The notes beneath the pieces are model-generated. The model was given only the letters and a program-made list of their open reading frames with translations. It searched no databases and was not told the DNA's origin. A stretch of 12,343 nt of DNA. Source: Candidatus Woesearchaeota archaeon (lineage in GTDB: Archaea > Nanobdellota > Nanobdellia > Woesearchaeales > JACRKL01). The stretch is taken from NCBI GenBank assembly GCA_016219835.1, contig JACRKL010000107.1, forward strand, positions 1-12,343. The letters run 5' to 3'. Below, piece after piece: positions 5,766 to 12,343 of this stretch (within the stretch, counting starts at the first letter, position 1; each line of letters starts with the position of its first letter). Both the position numbers and the translations under genes were made by a program.

Positions 5766-6056
5766 ATGAGATCTATTACTGATATCATCAAAAAATGCAG
5801 TATCCCCGTTGTAGTTATGTCTATCCCACTCTTTGCAGGCAATGTAATCAGCTTCATTGGAATAATGGAAGCTAATACGTGCAGAATTGTGCATCAGTGC
5901 AGCATCGACAATCGTTTTGAGAACTATCTCGCCTCAACGCAGAAAACGTTTGGTGTTCATGTTGGAAGTACGGCGTTAGCATATTTCACGTATCCGGGAG
6001 CGCATGCAGCAGCAGAAGTGATCAATTATCAGATAGACACTCGTTATCAGAAATAG
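5766..6056 (+). CDS. Hypothetical protein (96 aa)
   Basis: This is an internal start (M7) of tracked ORF 5748..6056, with a strong SD (GAGGTGG) and an upstream TATA-like box. I recognise no family. I preferred it over the antisense ORF 5457..5894, which has no signals and overlaps the beta-barrel gene by 225 nt. Confidence 0.4.
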   Translation: MRSITDIIKKCSIPVVVMSIPLFAGNVISFIGIMEANTCRIVHQCSIDNRFENYLASTQKTFGVHVGSTALAYFTYPGAHAAAEVINYQIDTRYQK

Positions 6057-6075
6057 CTGTTGAACTCTGACCTTC

Positions 6076-7332
6076 TCACGTCCCTTCCTGCCAGCTCGCC
6101 AGATATTTTCTTTGCTCGTCAGTTAAGGTATCAATCTTCATGCCCAGTGCATCAAGCTGCAATGCTGCAATGTGATCATCGATCTCTGCAGGAAGCGTGA
6201 TCACAACCGGTTTTAATTTGCCTTTGTGTTTCACGAGATATTCGCATGCCAATGCCTGTCCGCAGAACGAGGTTGCCATTACCGTGCTGGGATGACCTTC
6301 TGCGCATGCTAAATTAACCAGCCTTCCTTCTCCTGCGACCATAATCTTCTTGCTATCGACAAGGTATTCATCAAACAACGGTCGGATCGTCCTCTTCGGA
6401 TACTTTGCAAGCGCAGACATTTCTATTTCATGATCAAAATGCCCTGAGTTTGCAAGCACTGTTCCATCTTTCATGGTTTTGATATGCTCCATTCTGATGA
6501 CGTGCTTGTTGCCGGTGACGGTGATAAACACATCGCCGATCTTCGCTGCTTCTTTCATTGGCATCACAGCAAAGCCGTCATAAACTGCTTGCAGAGCTGC
6601 GAAATGATCCACTTCAGTCACAATGACCCTTGCCCCCAACCCATCGGCTCGCAGTGCAACACCTTTGCCGCAGCTGCCATATCCCAATACAACAACAACC
6701 TTGCCCGCGAAAAGAATGTTGGAAGCTCGTAACAATCCATCAATCGTACTCTGGCCTGTCCCCAGATAATTGTCTAACAAATGCTTGGTCTTGTTATCAT
6801 TCACAGCAATCATCGGATACTTAAGGGCTTTCTCTTGCTCCATCGCCTTGAGCCGAATAACTCCGGTTGTTGTCTCTTCGCAGCCGCCGATAATGCTGGG
6901 TATCAAAGCAGCATGCTTCTGATGAATCTCCGTTACCAGATCACAGCCATCATCGATCGTGATGTTCGGCTTGGTTGCAATGACCTTGTTGAGAAACGTG
7001 TAATAATCCTCTTTGGATTCTCCTTTGTATGCCCAGACTTTAACACCATCGGCTGCCAATGCAGCACAGACATCATCTTGGGCAGAAAGCGGATTGCATC
7101 CTGTAATGGCAACATCGGCTCCGCCTGCCGCCAAGGTCTTGACAAGGACAGCAGTCTCCTTGGTGACGTGCAATGCCAACGCTATGCGCATACCTTTGAA
7201 TGGTTTTTCCTTGGCAAAACGCTCTTTGATCTTCAGCAAGGCAGGCATCTGCATTTCTGCCCATGCAATATTTTTTCTTCCCTGTTCTGCGAGCTTGATG
7301 TCCTGTACCGTGTAATTTTCTGCCTGCATCAT
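6076..7332 (-). CDS. ahcY: S-adenosyl-L-homocysteine hydrolase, short archaeal-type form (possibly S-inosylhomocysteine hydrolase)
   Basis: The full-length 418 aa product carries ITGCNPLSAQDDVCAALA, the NAD fold VVVLGYGSCGKGVALRADGLGARVIVTEVD and the C-terminal DEQRKYLASWQEGT. AGGTGA lies 5 nt upstream of the ATG, and the gene is 19 nt downstream of the kinase gene. Confidence 0.93.
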   Translation of the reverse strand: MMQAENYTVQDIKLAEQGRKNIAWAEMQMPALLKIKERFAKEKPFKGMRIALALHVTKETAVLVKTLAAGGADVAITGCNPLSAQDDVCAALAADGVKVWAYKGESKEDYYTFLNKVIATKPNITIDDGCDLVTEIHQKHAALIPSIIGGCEETTTGVIRLKAMEQEKALKYPMIAVNDNKTKHLLDNYLGTGQSTIDGLLRASNILFAGKVVVVLGYGSCGKGVALRADGLGARVIVTEVDHFAALQAVYDGFAVMPMKEAAKIGDVFITVTGNKHVIRMEHIKTMKDGTVLANSGHFDHEIEMSALAKYPKRTIRPLFDEYLVDSKKIMVAGEGRLVNLACAEGHPSTVMATSFCGQALACEYLVKHKGKLKPVVITLPAEIDDHIAALQLDALGMKIDTLTDEQRKYLASWQEGT

Positions 7333-7351
7333 GGTTTCACCTTTGTTATCG

Positions 7352-8251
7352 TTAAAATTCCCTCATGGTTCTGAATTCATGAACGCGTTTCTCAATATCA
7401 TTCCATGTCAACTTCTTCATGCGCTCCAGCGAAAAGTCCTCTGCATTAAAGGAAGCAAGCGCACTGCCATAAACGATCGCTTTCCGCAGATTCTTCTCCG
7501 ATATATCGCCTGTTTTTGCCAGATAACCGAGCAGTGCTCCTCCAAACGCATCGCCGCATCCGGTAGGATCCTTGATCATTTCTAATGGATAACCGGGCGC
7601 ATTGAAATGCTTTCCCTCAGTAAACAGGAGAGCTCCATGCTCGCCTTTTTTTATGATAACTCCTTGCACGCCCATCTTCAGTGCTTCCTGTGCAGCCTTC
7701 ACAAGATTGGGTGTTTCAAAAAGCTGTCGCGCTTCCGCGTCGTTCAGGAGCAGAATATCTACTTTGCGTATGGCTTTCTTCAACGCGTCTGGCTTTGTCT
7801 TGATCCACAAATCTCTGGTATCAAGTAGTGTCAGCTTTGGCTCAACCAGCTGCTCAATCACTTGCAGTTGCATCTCCGGATCAATATTAGCGAGGAACAC
7901 ATACTTTCCTTGCTGATATTCGAGGGGGAGTTTTGGCTCGAAGTCGATCAGCGATCCCAAAATGAGATGAGTGGTATTCGCTTCATGCATCGTGTATTCA
8001 TAGACCCCTTCCCAGCGGAAGCTTGCTCCTCGTTTCTGGATCCCTGCGAGATTGATGTGCTTTGCTGCAAGGAGATCCAAGTGTTCTTCTGGAAAATCGG
8101 TGCCAACAATGCTCACGATGCCTGGCTTTGCAAAGAAGGAAGCTGCAAAGGCTGCATAGCTCGCAGATCCTCCAAGAATATTCCGATGTTTACCGAATGG
8201 TGTTTCTACACTGTCGAGAGCAACGGTCCCCAAGATGATTGGATTAGGCAT
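7352..8251 (-). CDS. PfkB-family sugar/nucleoside kinase (adenosine/nucleoside kinase-like)
   Basis: GGSASYAAFAAS sits near the N-terminus and DPTGCGDAFGGALLGYL (PfkB signature 2) near the C-terminus. I chose the start at M81 of the tracked ORF because TTTAAATA (8274..8281) lies 22 nt upstream. The longer N-terminal extension would be antisense to the 83-aa gene. Confidence 0.85.
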   Translation of the reverse strand: MPNPIILGTVALDSVETPFGKHRNILGGSASYAAFAASFFAKPGIVSIVGTDFPEEHLDLLAAKHINLAGIQKRGASFRWEGVYEYTMHEANTTHLILGSLIDFEPKLPLEYQQGKYVFLANIDPEMQLQVIEQLVEPKLTLLDTRDLWIKTKPDALKKAIRKVDILLLNDAEARQLFETPNLVKAAQEALKMGVQGVIIKKGEHGALLFTEGKHFNAPGYPLEMIKDPTGCGDAFGGALLGYLAKTGDISEKNLRKAIVYGSALASFNAEDFSLERMKKLTWNDIEKRVHEFRTMREF

Positions 8252-8273
8252 AGACCCTAAAAAAGGGCGATGA

Positions 8274-8281
8274 TATTTAAA
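8274..8281 (-). promoter_or_regulatory. TATA-like box (TTTAAATA on the minus strand) for the kinase-ahcY operon
   Basis: It lies 22 nt upstream of the ATG at 8251. Confidence 0.5.
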
Positions 8282-8298
8282 GATTGTGAGAAGTCCGT

Positions 8299-8550
8299 CT
8301 ACCTTTTCCGAACCCTCTTCATCCACCACTGCTTCACCACCGCGAGGGTCAGCGTAGAAAGCAGGAACCCGGCAACTGGCACGAGCGCATTGAGCCATGG
8401 GTTTGGTGCGTTGATTAAGAATAGAAAGAGCACAACGATGAAATATGTAATCAGGGCAATAATACCTCTTCTCGTCTTGCTCGTCTCCCAAGCTTTGTCT
8501 CCTTCAACTCGCTTGTTTCTTGCTTTGATGGACTCAAGTTCTGCTTGCAT
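8299..8550 (-). CDS. Small conserved-looking two-helix membrane protein (83 aa)
   Basis: MQAELESIKARNKRVEGDKAWETSKTRR is followed by two hydrophobic helices (IIALITYFIVVLFLFLI and ALVPVAGFLLSTLTLAVV). The N-terminal amphipathic helix with a DKAWETS motif looks familiar from small membrane proteins, but I cannot name the family. I chose the start at M31 of the tracked ORF because of the TATA box about 21 nt upstream. Confidence 0.6.
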   Translation of the reverse strand: MQAELESIKARNKRVEGDKAWETSKTRRGIIALITYFIVVLFLFLINAPNPWLNALVPVAGFLLSTLTLAVVKQWWMKRVRKR

Positions 8551-8571
8551 AGAATAATGATGGTACAAGGA

Positions 8572-8579
8572 GTATAAAT
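8572..8579 (-). promoter_or_regulatory. TATA-like box (ATTTATAC on the minus strand) for the 83-aa gene
   Basis: It lies 21-22 nt upstream of the ATG at 8550. It forms one arm of an imperfect inverted repeat with 8598..8609. Confidence 0.4.
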
Positions 8580-8597
8580 GAGTTGCGGCAGAGCAAG

Positions 8598-8605
8598 ATT
8601 TATAA
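8598..8605 (+). promoter_or_regulatory. TATA-like box (ATTTATAA) for the polytopic membrane protein gene
   Basis: It lies 35 nt upstream of the ATG at 8641, which implies a leader of about 12 nt. Confidence 0.35.
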
Positions 8606-8640
8606 CTCCCATTATGCTGAGTAGATTCTACACCGTTCAA

Positions 8641-9180
8641 ATGGATCTTAACTCATTCGTCTCCTGGATGCTGGACATCGGCATAGATGAAGTAGCCCTT
8701 CCTTTTCTCCTGTTTTTCATCATCCTCTATGTCGGTCTCGGGAAAATCAACATATTTCAGAAAGAGAAGAATCCCAGAGTCTTATTCGCTTTGGTGATGT
8801 CCTTCATCCCGATCATCGCCCACGTCATGCATCTCTATCCGCCCTGTTGGGATGTTGTCGATGTCATCAACCATGCGTTTGCAGACATTGCTTATTTCAT
8901 CCTTGGCATCCTGATATTTGTCATGGTGGTTGGCTTTATTGGCTTCAGCGTTAGCAGCATTCAGAAGCTGCTTGGCTGGTTTTCGATCGCTGCCTTTGGA
9001 TTTGTTGTCTATGCGTTTATCACGTCAACGGAGAGGGGATGTGTCAATCTTGACATCGGCTTGCTGGATAGCAATCTGTTTTGGTTGATTTTGCTCATCG
9101 TCCTTGCTTTCTTCCTCATCCGCTGGCTGATCAAGAAATTAGGTGGCGGACACGATGGTCATGGAAGCCATGGGCATTAA
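8641..9180 (+). CDS. Polytopic membrane protein with a His/Gly-rich C-terminus
   Basis: It has about 5 hydrophobic segments and ends in KKLGGGHDGHGSHGH. The start is uncertain: 8641 is preferred from the TATA position, and 8578 (preceded by AAGGAG) and 8614 are in-frame alternatives. Its stop overlaps the convergent thrS stop within TTAA (9177..9180). Confidence 0.6.
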   Translation: MDLNSFVSWMLDIGIDEVALPFLLFFIILYVGLGKINIFQKEKNPRVLFALVMSFIPIIAHVMHLYPPCWDVVDVINHAFADIAYFILGILIFVMVVGFIGFSVSSIQKLLGWFSIAAFGFVVYAFITSTERGCVNLDIGLLDSNLFWLILLIVLAFFLIRWLIKKLGGGHDGHGSHGH

Positions 9181-11120
9181 AGTACCAGCTTCCTCTCATC
9201 CTTCACTTTCTTCAGCCGCTCAACAAGCTCATGGGCTTTCACGCCAAACTCGACGTTATTACCTATCCTCACCGCAAGCGTCTTTGCTTCCATTTCTTTA
9301 TCGCCGATCGTCACAATAACGGGAATATGCATCTTCTCAGCATCCATGACTTTCTTAGGGATGGTGTTTGCCTTGTAGTCTGTTTCTACACGAATATCGA
9401 CGGCAGCAAGTGCTTTCTTGACGTCTTCTGCATAATCGATGTGCCGATCCGCAACCGTCAACAGAGCAACTTGCACAGGGCTTAACCAGAACGGGAATCT
9501 GCCGCCAAAATGCTCGATCAAAAATGCCATGAACCGTTCATGCGTGCTCAATGGAGCACGGTGGATGACATAGACGTCCGGGTTCTGCTTGCCGTGGTCA
9601 TCGACATAAAATAATCCGAATCGTTTCTTCGCTGCGAAATCAAGCTGCACGGTTGACATGGTCTCTTCTCTTCCAAAGACATTCTTGAATTGCACGTCGA
9701 TCTTTGGCCCATAGAATGCTGCTTCATTCGCTGCTTCGACGAATTTGAGCTTTAATTTTAGGAGCACATCACGCAAGACTTCTTCAGCATGATCCCAGCT
9801 GTGCGGTTCATCTATGTATTTTTCTTTGTTGCTCCGCTCTCCCAGGGAAAGTCTGAACCAATAGTCTTTCAGCCCAAAGGTTTCGAAGTATCCTTTGATC
9901 AAACTCAACACTGCTTCGATCTCGTCGTAAATTTGCTCTTTTGTGCAATAGATGTGCGCATCATTCATGCGCATGCTCCTTACTCTAAGAAGTCCGTTTA
10001 ACGTCCCAGATAACTCTTTGCGGTAACACGTTCCATACTCCGCAAGTCGTAATGGAAGCTCGCGATAGCTTCGCTGCTTCATCCTGAAAATGAGATGATG
10101 CATCGGGCAGTTCATTGCCTTGAGATAATAATCGCCATCATCCAACGTCATTTTAGGATACATGCTTTCTTCATAATATGGCAGATGTCCCGACGTCAAA
10201 AAGAGTTCTTTCTTCGCGAGGTGTGGCGTACTTACGCGAACATAGCCGCCTTTCTTCTCCATATCCATGGCAAAATTCTCAATCTCCTGCCGCATGACTT
10301 CACCTTTCGGTAGCCAGACAGGAAGACCTTTACCGATCATTTCAAATTGAGCAAAAAGCTCTAGCTCTTCACCGAGCTTTTTGTGATTGCGTTGTTCAGC
10401 AAGCTCCTGCTGCTCAAGGTACTGCTTGAGCATTTTTGCATCAGGGTAGCTGACGCCATAGATCCGTTGCAAGCTCTGCTTGCTTTGGTCTCCTCGCCAA
10501 TAGGCACTGCTCACTTTCGTCAACTTGAACGCTTTGATCTTTCCTGTGCTTGGCAAATGAGGACCTCTGCACAAGTCTGAGAAATCTCCTTGCGTGTAGA
10601 TCGACACCTTTGTTTCCCCTGCTTTTGCAAATTCGTCGAGCAGCTCGAGCTTGAAGTGATTTTTGGCATAGATCTTCTTCGCTTCAGCAATGCTCACTTC
10701 TTTCCTGCTGACCTTGTAATCGGCTGCAGCGATCTTCTGCATCTCTGCTTCGATCTTGCTCAGATCATCGGGGGTAAATGGTTCCTTTTTCTCAAAGTCG
10801 TAATAGAATCCCGTTTCAATAGCAGGTCCAATAGTGAGTTTCACATCCGACCAGAGCTTCACGATTGCTTGTGCGAGCAGATGTGCAGATGAATGCCAGA
10901 AAACTTCTTTGCCTTCTGTTCTATCGAATGTGATGATCTCGATCTTGGCATCATGCTCCAGTGGAAGAAAGAGATCCTGCATCTTTCCATTCACTTTGAT
11001 AATGAGAGCTGCTTCTGCCAATCGTTTCCCGATCAGCGCAGCAAACTCGCGGCCCAGCATTCCTTTCTTTACCTCTTTGGTAGATCCGTCTGGTAAGGTA
11101 ATGGTTATCATGCTGCTCAT
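9177..11120 (-). CDS. thrS: Threonine--tRNA ligase, bacterial-type architecture (TGS, editing, class II catalytic and anticodon-binding domains)
   Basis: The 647 aa product has ITITLPDGS (TGS), WHSSAHLLAQA and DLCRGPHLPSTG (editing-domain motifs), NCPMHHLIF, MNDAHIYC and VIHRAPLSTHERF (Zn and class II motifs), and an anticodon-binding C-terminus. GGTGA lies upstream of the ATG, and the TATA-like box is at 11156..11163. Confidence 0.95.
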   Translation of the reverse strand: MSSMITITLPDGSTKEVKKGMLGREFAALIGKRLAEAALIIKVNGKMQDLFLPLEHDAKIEIITFDRTEGKEVFWHSSAHLLAQAIVKLWSDVKLTIGPAIETGFYYDFEKKEPFTPDDLSKIEAEMQKIAAADYKVSRKEVSIAEAKKIYAKNHFKLELLDEFAKAGETKVSIYTQGDFSDLCRGPHLPSTGKIKAFKLTKVSSAYWRGDQSKQSLQRIYGVSYPDAKMLKQYLEQQELAEQRNHKKLGEELELFAQFEMIGKGLPVWLPKGEVMRQEIENFAMDMEKKGGYVRVSTPHLAKKELFLTSGHLPYYEESMYPKMTLDDGDYYLKAMNCPMHHLIFRMKQRSYRELPLRLAEYGTCYRKELSGTLNGLLRVRSMRMNDAHIYCTKEQIYDEIEAVLSLIKGYFETFGLKDYWFRLSLGERSNKEKYIDEPHSWDHAEEVLRDVLLKLKLKFVEAANEAAFYGPKIDVQFKNVFGREETMSTVQLDFAAKKRFGLFYVDDHGKQNPDVYVIHRAPLSTHERFMAFLIEHFGGRFPFWLSPVQVALLTVADRHIDYAEDVKKALAAVDIRVETDYKANTIPKKVMDAEKMHIPVIVTIGDKEMEAKTLAVRIGNNVEFGVKAHELVERLKKVKDERKLVL

Positions 11121-11155
11121 AGTTTCACCCTCTCCGGAAAAGCAATGGTTGGGGG

Positions 11156-11163
11156 ATATTTAT
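11156..11163 (-). promoter_or_regulatory. TATA-like box (ATAAATAT on the minus strand) for thrS
   Basis: It lies 35 nt upstream of the ATG at 11120. The GGAGAGGGTGA SD-like tract lies between them. Confidence 0.4.
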
Positions 11164-11190
11164 AGGTTGTGATGGTGTTTGTAGGAATGG

Positions 11191-12171
11191 CTAATGCAGT
11201 GCATGCGGATAGAGATCAAGCTTGAACTCCTTTGAGACAATGCAGAACTCATGATTCCGAATGAGGTCTGGAAATTGCTCCTTCAGGTTGAGAATGATAT
11301 TCTGAAATGCGTCATAGCTCTCCAGCTCGAAGTCAATCTCAAAATCCCAGTTGCCGATCACCTTTTGTGGCCAGACTGCTCCTTGCACTGTAGAGACATA
11401 CGTAATGAACCGGTTAAGCTTTTCCTTTGGCGGGTTTGAAAGAAAGAGCATAAGTTTGCAGAAGATGTTTCCCAACGCTTTTGGATCAAGATGAGCTTTG
11501 TAGGCGAGGATAACTCCTTTGCGTTCCAGTTCCTTGATGCGGTACTGCACAATCCTTGCCGTTGTTTTTATCTTTTGAGCAATCTCGGTGACTGGCATCC
11601 GACCATGGTTTGCCAGTATGCGCAGGATTTTTTCATCCATCTCATGGATCTTGAGCTGAGGATCTTTCGTCGTATGGTAGACGGTTTGGATTGCTGGATC
11701 TTTTTTATCTTTCAGAAATGTTCTTGATTGATGCGCAAGATACAGTGTAGTAGTGACTGCTTTTTCTTGAACGACTGCTGAAAATCTGTTTAAGGCTTGC
11801 TGCATTTCATCATCAAATTCGTTTGCATTCCTGACTAAAAAGCCAACAATCAAATCCCAGCGTCCGGTAGTTATGGCAACCCACTCGGTTAGCTCATGGT
11901 CTCTGAAATATTGGGCAATATCCTCGATCTTTGCCTGGTTAGCATTGGTAAACCGCAGATAGAGCTTATATTTCACGATCCCGAGTTTGAAGTAATTGAT
12001 GACGGTATGAAATCGGAGAATAACCCCTTCGTCCATCAGCCGGTCTATGCGATACTTCACCACTTCTTTGCTCAATCGCACTGCTTTGCCGATCTGGCTG
12101 TTGGAGCGCCTCGCACGGACATCCAGTTCTGAGAGGATCTTCTGGTCTTTTGTGTCAAAATTTAATGGCAT
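11191..12171 (-). CDS. Tandem-fused Lrp/AsnC-family transcriptional regulator (two HTH + RAM-like modules in one chain)
   Basis: The two halves align by eye: KDQKILSELDVRARRSNSQIGKAVRLSKEVVKYRIDRLMDEGVILRF versus MDEKILRILANHGRMPVTEIAQKIKTTARIVQYRIKELERKGVILAY. Each half is followed by an effector-domain-like region of about 80 aa. Confidence 0.85.
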   Translation of the reverse strand: MPLNFDTKDQKILSELDVRARRSNSQIGKAVRLSKEVVKYRIDRLMDEGVILRFHTVINYFKLGIVKYKLYLRFTNANQAKIEDIAQYFRDHELTEWVAITTGRWDLIVGFLVRNANEFDDEMQQALNRFSAVVQEKAVTTTLYLAHQSRTFLKDKKDPAIQTVYHTTKDPQLKIHEMDEKILRILANHGRMPVTEIAQKIKTTARIVQYRIKELERKGVILAYKAHLDPKALGNIFCKLMLFLSNPPKEKLNRFITYVSTVQGAVWPQKVIGNWDFEIDFELESYDAFQNIILNLKEQFPDLIRNHEFCIVSKEFKLDLYPHALH

Positions 12172-12193
12172 AGTATATCATAATCACATTTTA

Positions 12194-12201
12194 TACTTAA
12201 A
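12194..12201 (-). promoter_or_regulatory. TATA-like box (TTTAAGTA on the minus strand) for the Lrp-like gene
   Basis: It lies 22 nt upstream of the ATG at 12171. The position where its BRE would be straddles the inner boundary of the right inverted repeat. Confidence 0.4.
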
Positions 12202-12206
12202 TGTTG

Positions 12207-12343
12207 GGAAGTGTTATCATTTGACTGATAAACGCTCCATGTTTCTTTCTTGAAGAAACAACCCGATAACCTTGTCGTGGTTTTCTAAAGATTTCGAGAA
12301 TGAGCATGTCTTTCTCACTACTCTTCCAACTCTTTGTCTGATT
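12207..12343. repeat. Right terminal inverted repeat, 137 bp, perfect reverse complement of 1..137
   Basis: Same comparison as for the left copy. The inner boundary at 12207 lies 36 nt upstream of the ATG of the Lrp-like gene (12171) and just outside its TATA-like box (12194..12201). Confidence 0.96.

Noticed and set aside
5457-5894. 145-aa minus-strand ORF between the beta-barrel gene and ahcY
   Set aside because: Its 3' 225 nt are antisense to the well-supported 4923..5681 CDS, and no promoter or SD lies upstream of 5894. The plus-strand ORF 5766..6056 has both signals, so this one is treated as a shadow ORF.
6781-7374. 197-aa plus-strand ORF, and other 60-130-aa ORFs antisense to ahcY, the kinase, thrS, NFACT and the Lrp gene
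   Set aside because: They lie entirely inside, and antisense to, genes with unambiguous homology-type motifs. Their products are Cys/Leu/Ser/Arg-rich, as is typical of shadow frames.
1-12343. CRISPR arrays, tandem repeats, or mobile-element genes (transposase, integrase)
   Set aside because: No regularly spaced direct repeats were seen, and no ORF has DDE, tyrosine- or serine-recombinase-like motifs. Apart from the terminal inverted repeats I found no repeat over 20 nt, although an exhaustive self-alignment was not possible by hand.

Overview
The window is a gene-dense segment of about 16 CDS, roughly 40-45% GC by eye, and it looks archaeal. At least six genes have an A/T-rich TATA-like octamer exactly 22 nt upstream of the ATG, which is leaderless-transcript geometry. 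Operon-internal genes instead use GGAGG or GGTGA Shine-Dalgarno sites. The gene families fit this call: TrmB and Lrp/AsnC regulators, a COG1753/DUF217-type antitoxin with a PIN toxin, an NFACT/RqcH-like protein and a short (418 aa) AhcY. Confident housekeeping calls are thrS, ahcY and a PfkB-family kinase that appears co-transcribed with ahcY. I saw no rRNA, tRNA, CRISPR array, transposase, integrase, replication gene or virion gene. The most unusual feature is structural. The first 137 nt are the perfect reverse complement of the last 137 nt, so the whole 12.3 kb window is bounded by inverted repeats. The inner edge of the left repeat cuts a SurA-N-like lipoprotein gene exactly at a codon boundary. 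A neighbouring NFACT gene also appears to lack its C-terminal half and is followed by about 300 bp with no convincing ORF. The second item of interest is a three-gene operon with ATGA start/stop overlaps: a membrane-anchored protein, an orphan CheY-like receiver and a signal-peptide protein resembling bacterial outer-membrane beta-barrels of the MetA/COG4313 type. It is transcribed divergently from a TrmB regulator, and a perfect 9-1-9 palindrome sits between the two TATA boxes. All homology statements come from reading the translations by eye and recalling family motifs; no searches were run.
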